Positions 47,736 to 56,148 of a DNA stretch of 64,000 bases are shown in pieces. The stretch comes from Escherichia phage ECO71P1: sequence record OP172789. One strand, written 5' to 3'. The notes beneath the pieces are model-generated. The model saw nothing but the letters and a program-made list of their open reading frames with translations, made no database searches and had not been told where the DNA came from. Position 1 is the first letter of the stretch; every line of letters begins with the position of its first letter. The translations under genes and the position numbers were made by a program.

Positions 47736-47845
47736 CCACCCTCAAATAAGTATTGTGTATTATATCTAATGAAAAAAACTTAGGCAAACAATAATTATGG
47801 TTTGAATATGTATAACAACCGATATAGCCGCGCCTTAATTAGTGT

Positions 47846-48107
47846 GATACGGATGATACGGATAAAATGAGGCGTATTTTTATCCGTATCGGTGTATAAG
47901 CCGCGCTATCACTGGTGTGCTACGGATGATACGGATGATACGGATACTTTTCATATATAAGAGTTTATAAAAAAATAAAATTAAATTAGATATATAATTT
48001 TAAATTAATTTATTTGAATTCCTATAAAGTATCGCGGCAACGCGTATCATCCGTATCATCCGTAAGATTCTTTTGAAAACAACTACTTACTTGATACGGA
48101 TGATACG
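47846..48107. repeat. iteron cluster: direct and inverted copies of TACGGATGATACG flanking an AT-rich core
   Basis: 47846-47863, 47921-47947 (triple), inverted copy 48043-48064, 48093-48107; AT-rich 47948-48030. Confidence 0.7.
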
Positions 48108-48151
48108 TCATTATACGCGTAAAATCCTGCGGCAATCCATTGCCAGGCGAT

Positions 48152-48289
48152 TCAGTGAATATTAAAAAGCACTCCAGCAACTAAAACGCCAATCAGCATC
48201 GAGTCGTAAACAGCCCATTTCCAAGAAAGCAAAGAGTTGCAATTAATATTTCGCACTTTAACGTAACGTGACTGAATAATCTTTTGCAT
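48152..48289 (-). CDS. small hydrophobic protein (45 aa)
   Basis: Hand translation MQKIIQSRYVKVRNINCNSLLSWKWAVYDSMLIGVLVAGVLFNIH; AAAGAGGAAG RBS. Confidence 0.3.
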   Translation of the reverse strand: MQKIIQSRYVKVRNINCNSLLSWKWAVYDSMLIGVLVAGVLFNIH

Positions 48290-48299
48290 AACTTCCTCT

Positions 48300-49220
48300 T
48301 TAGTTCAACTTAATTGCGGTGATCTGTCCGTAAACGGTAGATGTCAATTCGTCTGTGCATTGATAGTTTAGATACACGTTGCCAGGCGCGGCAAGAGTAA
48401 TTATCTTTGTTGGAATATTGCCGCCGAAACGACCTGCAGCCCGAATGCCAGCAGACATCGTGAATGCATCATCCGTAATATCTGAATTACTTGTTGACAA
48501 TTTTACTGTAATTCCGGTATTCGCTTGAACTCCTTCTGTTGCGACAGTCAACTGACTTGCTGTCACAAGCCATTTCCCTGCAGGCAGGTTTAATGTTGCC
48601 AGATTCACCAGAGTTGTCGGAGGATTGCTTACACTATTGCTTGTGTTTTGCACATTGCTTGCAGCAGCATTAAGAACTCCAGAACCATCAATTGATAGTG
48701 TCGCTCCTACTTTTACGCCACCCAAGGTTGATGCTGATGCAATCGGTAACGAGTATTGAGTAACACTAATTGTACCGTCACCTGCAACACTTATGCCACT
48801 TCCTATCTTGACGCCGCCGAGAACAGAAGCCGTTGCCGCTGGTAACGTGTATTGGTTGCCGCTGGATTTGACTACCTTAACGGCGACAGCATTCTTGGAC
48901 CCTCCAGACTCCATGCCTATAATCACCGCTTCTCCAAAAGCGATGGTGATTGTAGATGCAGTTAAACCAGTCTGCACGTCTGTTATGTCCATTTTGGGAA
49001 CTGAAAGTGTCAGATTCGGCTTGCTGGTAGAATCGCCATCATTACCGATCATAAAGAATTGGCCGACTGAATTGTATCCAGATGCCAATGGCGGACTCAA
49101 TGGAACAATCAAATTTTTATCGGATGTAAATTCTGAAACAATCGCCAAACCGTTCGCATATACAGCAGGTAATACTGGCGTTTGTCCAGATATAGGAAAC
49201 GTGCTGATTGGTATCGTCAT
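48300..49220 (-). CDS. fibre-repeat protein in the head module (LPxAxASxLGGVKxG repeats)
   Basis: QYTLPAATASVLGGVKIG and QYSLPIASASTLGGVKVG tandem motifs; GAGG RBS before internal ATG. Confidence 0.4.
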   Translation of the reverse strand: MTIPISTFPISGQTPVLPAVYANGLAIVSEFTSDKNLIVPLSPPLASGYNSVGQFFMIGNDGDSTSKPNLTLSVPKMDITDVQTGLTASTITIAFGEAVIIGMESGGSKNAVAVKVVKSSGNQYTLPAATASVLGGVKIGSGISVAGDGTISVTQYSLPIASASTLGGVKVGATLSIDGSGVLNAAASNVQNTSNSVSNPPTTLVNLATLNLPAGKWLVTASQLTVATEGVQANTGITVKLSTSNSDITDDAFTMSAGIRAAGRFGGNIPTKIITLAAPGNVYLNYQCTDELTSTVYGQITAIKLN

Positions 49221-49227
49221 AATGACC

Positions 49228-50079
49228 TCAAATGATTGGTATTTTCCTGCACTTGCAGTGTATTGCCCATCCAGGAGGACCGATGTCACCCTTTTTGAAC
49301 TTCAATTCTCCGCCAACTTCCCATAGGCGCTTGTCATCAAGTTTAAATCTCATTCCGTCGACGTGTTCATGAGAGATTCGCGGCTCCTTTCCTGCTCCTG
49401 AGTGCGCCCATTCAAATTCTTCAACTCCATTCTGGCGCATCCTTTCATCGCTTAGAACGCAATACAATTTGCTTGTCTGGTCTTTAGCGATTAAGTCGAC
49501 TCTCTTTGCAGAGAAGTGTTTTACGTTTCGCAGCGCCGCCTGAATGCCTGACGTGCCTTGCTGGGCTGGGTCGGGCGAAGTCAGCGAAAGCATTACTGCT
49601 TCGTACACTCTGTTGTGAATATCCTCGCCGACCTTAGTCACTAGAGTCGTGTTAAACGTCTCGCTTGTTCTAAGAGTGTTCTCAACGAATTTGTTATATG
49701 TGGCCTTTGGCGCTTCTATGCCTGCGGACTTAAGGCTGGCGAATGTAGCAGAAGTAGCACCCTTTTCGACCGATTTGATAAAATCAGCGGCAATCTTTGA
49801 CCCAACACGAGCAAACGCCCTTGCCCATTTCAGCTGCAGACGTTTCATAAGAGTTTGGAATGTTGAATCAGCAGAGTCTTGCGCAAAGAACTTCTGCACC
49901 TGCTTCTTTTCAAGCCACTCTGAAATTCCTGCCTGATAGTCATCAATCATCGCATAGCAAAGACCTTTCATCTCACGACGGTAGGCCATTGCAATAGCGT
50001 TTGATGGGATTATCGGACTGCCGCGCCCGATTCTATCGGGTGAGCGGCGTTCACGTTTTTTCGAAGCTTTAAAAGCCAT
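49228..50079 (-). CDS. head morphogenesis protein (Mu F / SPP1 gp7-like)
   Basis: Position directly after portal; start trimmed to MAFKASKK. Confidence 0.45.
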   Translation of the reverse strand: MAFKASKKRERRSPDRIGRGSPIIPSNAIAMAYRREMKGLCYAMIDDYQAGISEWLEKKQVQKFFAQDSADSTFQTLMKRLQLKWARAFARVGSKIAADFIKSVEKGATSATFASLKSAGIEAPKATYNKFVENTLRTSETFNTTLVTKVGEDIHNRVYEAVMLSLTSPDPAQQGTSGIQAALRNVKHFSAKRVDLIAKDQTSKLYCVLSDERMRQNGVEEFEWAHSGAGKEPRISHEHVDGMRFKLDDKRLWEVGGELKFKKGDIGPPGWAIHCKCRKIPII

Positions 50080-50080
50080 A

Positions 50081-52456
50081 TCAACCTTGCTTCGGTGAAT
50101 TAGTAGGATTATTGAGTGCTCCGTATGCTTGAGAGCAATCACCCTTCAACCACTCCTTGAATGAGTTCACATCTAATTCGTGGATTGAGTCGAATCCATT
50201 CCAACCGTTACCAAATGATGCTTGATAAGCTTCTTTCGCTTCTTCTGCTGAATCGAATCCAAGCATACACTTGTGTTCATCAAACTCGCCAGAGTAGTTA
50301 TCGTTTTGGTTCACGATAAAGACTTTCGGCGACTTCAGATTTGGACCCACAAAGCAGTCTACTTCATCACCGTCTGCACCCTTGGTGCCCTTGATGAATC
50401 CGTAGTGGTGCGGCATCTTCACGGCCCATTCACCGTCAAGGCTGTTTCCTCTACGAATGCTGTTGCGCGGATTCTCAATGCCAAGAATCATTCCGTGCAA
50501 CTTCATCTTAGGTAATGATGCTGCGTCCATTTTACCAACGTTGTGGCGTAAGTTGACGACGTGTCCTTTAACGCTTGGAAGGGTAGACGGTTGCACCGAC
50601 CGTGAATCTTTTTGAGGGTCAAAATCCACATCCTGACCTTCTTTCAGGTAGTAATCCGCAATACCCTCCAGACCTTCTTTCAACTGCGTTAGGACATCAA
50701 CCTGATGGCTTGATTCATCATCGGTGTCGTCCATGTTGATTTCGACAGGTGCTCTGTCAGGGTTTTCTGCCAACTCACCACGCGCGGCACCCTCTGGCAT
50801 AATACCTGTTTCGCTATAGAACTGGCCGCCCATCTTGACAACATCAGCTTTCGCCTGTTCAATATCGGCCTTACCTTGCAGGACTTCACCAGCAGACTTG
50901 CCAAGCAATGCCATATTCTCTGGAGACATCCCTGGGGTTTCTTCTGCTGCGTCTTCCGGCAGACGGTTGTAGCCGCTGTTTTTGTCGTCTTTGATGCGGT
51001 CGCGCTCTTCATCAGGAGAAATGACGCCAGCATCAATAAGAGTTTTGCCAGTGTTGGCTCGCTTATCATTGATTTCTGCAAGTTGAGTAGCAGTAAGTGA
51101 GCCAACTGGTTCCCATGCAACCTTAACATCGACATCCACCCCTTCTGATTTGAGAAGGATTTTGTAATGGCGGTCGAGAATTTTTGTCAGGTCATGCTGC
51201 TGGCACGTTTCCAACTCTTCGTGATAGCTGACCATCTCGAATTCACCAGTAGCGTTAAAGCCTTTCGGCGAAGTCCCAAGTAGTTTGGTTGACGGAACTT
51301 TTGCGATTGCGGCCACCAGCTGGTACTGGTTCATGATGATGCTGTCGAAGTCTGACAAGTTGATGTCGAACTGGTCCATCTCTTCTTTTTGGCCAAGCAC
51401 TTTGACTGCATAGTTATCGCGGTACTTGATCCACATCATCAGACGTTCTGCAAAAGACCGCTCATTGGCAATCGCCTTGTCAACGTCGGTCCGCAGCGTG
51501 GTTGTACGCTTGGACATCGCCAGCAATGGCGCTTCGTTAGCGGTACGTTCAGCGGCATAGATGCGTTCATAAATCTGCTGAGTCAGAGGAATGCCGCCGT
51601 AAATATAAGTTGGCTTGAGAATATCAGCTGGCTCATCATTGCGCAAGATGATGAGGTGACTGCGATGATAACGTTGTCCGCTGATCACCCAGTATTCTGG
51701 ATCATAGAAGTGCTGTGATGCAGGGTCGGCGGTGTTTTCAGACGTTAAAAATGGCATCATCCAATAAGGGTCAACCTGAATGATTCCCTTATAAGACCCC
51801 TTTGTCACACCATCAATGTTAAAAGGCTTGCTGTAATATTCTGGATCATCGCTACGCACATCAAATATGATGACGCGGATACCAAAAATATTTTTGAATC
51901 GTTCGGCTTCAACTAAGTGCTCTTTGATATTAAATTCTTTATCAATTTGCTTTAGGCGTTCGCTTGCCTGCACTGACAATTCTGACTCAGAACTGGATTT
52001 GACTTCCCAACCTTTACGGACCGCATCGCGTCCTACCATGGAACACGCCTTGTTCACCAGCCAATGCTGTGCGATGATGGCACAAGCTTGATAGCCGATG
52101 AATGACTGTGACAAATACCAGTTTTGAAGTTGAATAGGTACTGTGTATGGGTTGACCTGCCCTTCTGAACTGATGTTCTTCAAGGCATTATCCATGACTT
52201 TTTTGGATACTGTTGCGGAATCGACTGAACGGCCTTTTATGATAGCAACACCGTCGCCATTAATATCAGGCTCATATAAAGGGAAGTCATCAACCGTTTT
52301 AAAGGTCGGTCGATTGCTTTCAGTCTTTTCCCAGCGTTGACCGCTGCCGCGCCTTTCAAGGCGTTCAAACGGTGCCAATGGGTCGCCTGGCGGCATCTCC
52401 GCTGGTTCGGCTTCTGGTTGCGTCTTCTCCCAGAGTTTTATGCCAAGAATTTTCAT
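50081..52456 (-). CDS. portal protein with C-terminal extension domain
   Basis: About 790 aa, between terminase and head morphogenesis genes; AGGTGG RBS before MKILGIK. Confidence 0.55.
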   Translation of the reverse strand: MKILGIKLWEKTQPEAEPAEMPPGDPLAPFERLERRGSGQRWEKTESNRPTFKTVDDFPLYEPDINGDGVAIIKGRSVDSATVSKKVMDNALKNISSEGQVNPYTVPIQLQNWYLSQSFIGYQACAIIAQHWLVNKACSMVGRDAVRKGWEVKSSSESELSVQASERLKQIDKEFNIKEHLVEAERFKNIFGIRVIIFDVRSDDPEYYSKPFNIDGVTKGSYKGIIQVDPYWMMPFLTSENTADPASQHFYDPEYWVISGQRYHRSHLIILRNDEPADILKPTYIYGGIPLTQQIYERIYAAERTANEAPLLAMSKRTTTLRTDVDKAIANERSFAERLMMWIKYRDNYAVKVLGQKEEMDQFDINLSDFDSIIMNQYQLVAAIAKVPSTKLLGTSPKGFNATGEFEMVSYHEELETCQQHDLTKILDRHYKILLKSEGVDVDVKVAWEPVGSLTATQLAEINDKRANTGKTLIDAGVISPDEERDRIKDDKNSGYNRLPEDAAEETPGMSPENMALLGKSAGEVLQGKADIEQAKADVVKMGGQFYSETGIMPEGAARGELAENPDRAPVEINMDDTDDESSHQVDVLTQLKEGLEGIADYYLKEGQDVDFDPQKDSRSVQPSTLPSVKGHVVNLRHNVGKMDAASLPKMKLHGMILGIENPRNSIRRGNSLDGEWAVKMPHHYGFIKGTKGADGDEVDCFVGPNLKSPKVFIVNQNDNYSGEFDEHKCMLGFDSAEEAKEAYQASFGNGWNGFDSIHELDVNSFKEWLKGDCSQAYGALNNPTNSPKQG

Positions 52457-52618
52457 TGTTAACGCCACCTGACAGTGAAAGGGAATCAATCTATATTATA
52501 AATATTCATGTGTTTGTAAGCAAATGATATGTATGGTGATCATAAATAGTTCATAAAATATTTTGCTTTTGTATCATTTTGAGTTATATTTTAGTTAACC
52601 AAACGAAAGGAGATTGAA

Positions 52619-53035
52619 ATGAGCACAACAATTGTATTTGTCGTCCTGCACAACGGCGAAGTCGTTAACGTATGTGAATGTGAAGAACTGGCAAAGGCCA
52701 CTGCCGCGCGATACGAAGGTGCTACTATTGACCCGTGGATTTTAGATGCGCGAAACGTCTTGCAGGCGACTTTGGATGAGTGGCTGTTGGGTCGCAAAGT
52801 CTATCCAGTAGACAATATCGACTCCATTCAAGGTGAAACAGTATACTTTGAAGATGAATGCGTTCGCGGAATCGGCAAATTCATGGGATTGTGCCCATCT
52901 TCATCCAAAAACAAATTTTATCGTATTCAAGTTGAAGAAAACGATATGTTTGACAAAGTCACGCGCTCGATTGTTCCTGGCGGCGGCACTCCAATTTTTA
53001 TGGCAGAATCAGACATCAAGGGGATTATCAAATGA
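52619..53035 (+). CDS. hypothetical protein
   Basis: 138 aa; AAGGAGA RBS. Confidence 0.45.
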   Translation: MSTTIVFVVLHNGEVVNVCECEELAKATAARYEGATIDPWILDARNVLQATLDEWLLGRKVYPVDNIDSIQGETVYFEDECVRGIGKFMGLCPSSSKNKFYRIQVEENDMFDKVTRSIVPGGGTPIFMAESDIKGIIK

Positions 53036-53271
53036 GAACTTTAACCGAACTCGATGTTCTGAAAGATGTTGCAGCCGCGCTGGGCGTTGAAGTCTCCGAA
53101 AAGTCGACACTGGGCGCGCTGCGTCGCGATTTACTCGAAGCCGTCGACCGCAACGATTTTGACCGTAAGTGTTTGCAAAAGAAGATTCGACAGGCAGTAA
53201 GGGCGGGTAAGCGATTCCGTGCCAGGTCGTTTGCCGCGAGAAAACTCGACCTTCAGCACGGAATGCTTTAA
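53032..53271 (+). CDS. hypothetical protein
   Basis: 79 aa; ATGA overlap with upstream gene. Confidence 0.4.
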   Translation: MRTLTELDVLKDVAAALGVEVSEKSTLGALRRDLLEAVDRNDFDRKCLQKKIRQAVRAGKRFRARSFAARKLDLQHGML

Positions 53272-53274
53272 TTG

Positions 53275-54735
53275 TTAAAGGTTAGAGAAGAAGCCGGATG
53301 CTGCAACAATTGGTTTCATCAATGCCATGATTGCTGCGTCCGCTTTGTTAGGCGATTTGACTCCACGCTTTGCCATATCCTTTTTCGATTCAACTTTGAA
53401 CTTGCCAAGTACAGACGTGTCTTTGCGCGGCGCTGACATTTCAAAAAGAAACGTCTCAATTTCTTCCGCAGACCAAGCAGGAATCCCAAGTTCTGGGATG
53501 CCGTCTGTGTCGATGGAAATCAACTCATCAGTCGGGTATACGGCCTGCCCTGTTGCATACTCATATGTCTTCCTGAATCGTTCGGCAATCTCAGTCCATT
53601 TTTGCGCTTTTATGTTTGCGAAATGGTCTTTATTGAGTATTTCAACGTGTGGTAACTCAAGGAAAACGTCATCAGGATCATCAACAGCACCTTGCGCGTT
53701 GAACGCATTAAATTCGATTCTTGGGAATGTTGGATTTTCATGGATTGCATACTCATTGAGCTCATCAAATTTTGAACCAGCAAATGCACCAACACCGATT
53801 GCGTCATAGGTAATTGATGCGCCGAATGTCAATGCGTCTTTCCAAACTCCGCTTGCGGACTTAAGCAATTCATCTTCCAGACCTTCCCATGTCTTGATGC
53901 CGCGCAATACGTTGCCCGTGACAAATGCTGTGGCGTTTAAGTCGTCGCCGTCGTCCGCCACGTCAAAGCCTATACGGTTAGACCCTGACAAGCTCCATCC
54001 CAGCGTAGGGTGTTTGTGGAGGTTTAGCGCGGCCTTGACGAATGCACGGTTAATGACCGACTTGTCGCCGCCTGTCTTCGGTACTCCGCCATAAACGTGC
54101 TCTGCCTTTTTCGGGTCGCGCTCATACATGCCAGCAATAACGTCCAGCATTGTTTGCGACAAGAATGGGTTGTCTTGCCAGTTGATCTTCTTAACGATGG
54201 CATTCTTCGGCGGTCGCATGACAAAGTTCTGGTAAACGAAATCGGCCTCTTCATCAGGGTTAAATATGATCCATATTTCGGACCCTTCCTTACGAATTGT
54301 CGGCTCAATAATGTCCCACTGCTCTTCAGTCAGTGCGTGCGCTTCCTCAAGCCAAAGAACATCAACGCCTTCGGTTGATTTGATTTCGTCAACGTTGCGT
54401 GCGATACCGTAAAATAAGAATTCAGATTTTGTTCTTTTATGCTCAATGGAGTTTTTTAATAAGTTGAACTCGTCTTTAAAATCAGAAATCTCTATCTTAT
54501 CTTTTAATAGCGTATATACTGATTCAGAAATCTTGTTCTGGAATTGTCGAACGCAAAGGAATTTTAATTTAAAGTTTGCCGCCAAATAAATAGCAAAACC
54601 AGCGGCATCATGCGATTTGGAAGATGCACGACCGCCGTATATAACTTTGTATCGCGCTTTCGTCTTCCAGACTTCTCTTAAAGCAGGATTCAACTGGTAC
54701 ATGACTTTCCAATTATGTGTTAATATTTTATTCAT
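53275..54735 (-). CDS. terminase large subunit
   Basis: N-terminal Walker A VIYGGRASSKS; 486 aa with C-terminal nuclease-like acidic residues. Confidence 0.75.
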   Translation of the reverse strand: MNKILTHNWKVMYQLNPALREVWKTKARYKVIYGGRASSKSHDAAGFAIYLAANFKLKFLCVRQFQNKISESVYTLLKDKIEISDFKDEFNLLKNSIEHKRTKSEFLFYGIARNVDEIKSTEGVDVLWLEEAHALTEEQWDIIEPTIRKEGSEIWIIFNPDEEADFVYQNFVMRPPKNAIVKKINWQDNPFLSQTMLDVIAGMYERDPKKAEHVYGGVPKTGGDKSVINRAFVKAALNLHKHPTLGWSLSGSNRIGFDVADDGDDLNATAFVTGNVLRGIKTWEGLEDELLKSASGVWKDALTFGASITYDAIGVGAFAGSKFDELNEYAIHENPTFPRIEFNAFNAQGAVDDPDDVFLELPHVEILNKDHFANIKAQKWTEIAERFRKTYEYATGQAVYPTDELISIDTDGIPELGIPAWSAEEIETFLFEMSAPRKDTSVLGKFKVESKKDMAKRGVKSPNKADAAIMALMKPIVAASGFFSNL

Positions 54736-54812
54736 ATTATAGTTTGCTTGAGACAGCTATATCAAGTAAAATTATGATTCCAGCTTAGTAGTGGATAAAG
54801 GGTGATCTTTTT

Positions 54813-54840
54813 GGCCAGATTATTTCTGGCCATTTTTTTA
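54813..54840. terminator. hairpin terminator / insulator at a strand switch
   Basis: GGCCAGATTATTTCTGGCC flanked by T runs on both sides. Confidence 0.5.
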
Positions 54841-54913
54841 ATTTAAATTCACAAAAAGTTTGCCTTTCTGAAATTCTGCATTATAATCATATTAACTCAA
54901 AACCGGAGGTAAT

Positions 54914-55129
54914 ATGAAACTCATCGACCGTGCCATCAAAGCCATTGATAACCACTCCACCGCGCTTGCTTTCGTGATGGGATTTTGTTTTACTGCTGCG
55001 TTTGGCGACGTTCACACATTCAAGTCTGTCATCTTGTGCTGGTCCATTTGGTCACTTATTTCTCTGGTTTTGATTCTTCCGATGACGTGGCTTGTTCTTA
55101 CTTGTCTGGAATCTCAAGGTGAAGACTGA
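54914..55129 (+). CDS. small membrane protein (two hydrophobic segments)
   Basis: 71 aa; GGAGG RBS. Confidence 0.4.
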   Translation: MKLIDRAIKAIDNHSTALAFVMGFCFTAAFGDVHTFKSVILCWSIWSLISLVLILPMTWLVLTCLESQGED

Positions 55130-55350
55130 TGAGACTATCAATCAAAGAGCGGGCGAAGCGGCCCAAAAGGAGTGAGCCAAAGGCCAAATACGCATGCATC
55201 GGCGGACCATTCGACGGTCAAGCGATGTGGCTTTCAAAATCTAATCCATCGACGGTTGAGTTTAGCCTTCATGGAATGCGCGGCAGATACCTGCTAAATA
55301 GAGAAACAAGTGGCAGTACATTTGTGGAGTGGAAAGAAAATGGCAAATGA
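55129..55350 (+). CDS. hypothetical small basic protein
   Basis: 73 aa ORF. Confidence 0.35.
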   Translation: MRLSIKERAKRPKRSEPKAKYACIGGPFDGQAMWLSKSNPSTVEFSLHGMRGRYLLNRETSGSTFVEWKENGK

Positions 55351-55573
55351 ATTGACTTTAACAGTACCAAAAGAAGTGCTAGACAAGGCATATGCAGATT
55401 CTGTAAAAGAATTAGCTGGAGTGCTTGGAATTGAAAATGAATTCAACGTTCAGCTGCAATTCCTTAAGGATACTCTTCAAATCAAAGAGAATAGAGAAGC
55501 TGGAAGTGGTGCGCCTTTAGCTTTAGCAATCCTCTATGCGGGACTTGTTTTGCAATCTGGAGATGAACTGTGA
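55340..55573 (+). CDS. hypothetical small protein (start trimmed to MANELTL)
   Basis: Internal ATG with GGAAAG RBS. Confidence 0.35.
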   Translation: MANELTLTVPKEVLDKAYADSVKELAGVLGIENEFNVQLQFLKDTLQIKENREAGSGAPLALAILYAGLVLQSGDEL

Positions 55574-55768
55574 ATCGTTGGTGCAGTTGGAAGCTTAAAC
55601 GACTCGCCTGGGCCAATGCCGCCAATTCTGCTGGACCAATCGCTGCTGGTGTTGGGTCGATATGGGATGGTGAGGGCCGTTGGGACTCGCTGTGTGGCAC
55701 GCGCCTATTCTTTCGCGTAAAATAATATTTGCCCTTCCCGATATGGGAAGGGAATTAAAGAGGTTATC

Positions 55769-56110
55769 ATGAACAACACTTTATCACAACTGCTAATCTG
55801 GACAATCGCTGCTATCATTGGCACCGTTATTATGATGTCAAGCGCAAAGGCTGAAACGGATATTTGCGGCAGGCTTATTTCTGAGAATGGCGAGATTTAT
55901 TATGGCAACTCAAAAGGCGATTATATATCACCTGAAGTCTGCGCTCAGAAGAAAGCAGAAATGCAAAAGCAGTATCATGAAGATCAATCCATATCTCAAG
56001 CCGCGCTGATTGAATTAAGTATATCAGCCATCATCTTTCTAATCGTTTTTATGCTCATTATTAAACCAAATAATGACAGCAACCGTCATATTCCTCTCAA
56101 AAGAAATTAA
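55769..56110 (+). CDS. membrane protein (N-terminal signal/anchor and C-terminal TM)
   Basis: 113 aa; preceded by hairpin 55732-55752. Confidence 0.45.
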   Translation: MNNTLSQLLIWTIAAIIGTVIMMSSAKAETDICGRLISENGEIYYGNSKGDYISPEVCAQKKAEMQKQYHEDQSISQAALIELSISAIIFLIVFMLIIKPNNDSNRHIPLKRN

Positions 56111-56148
56111 GGTTATAATACGGTTGTCGACAAAACGAGGACCGTAAA

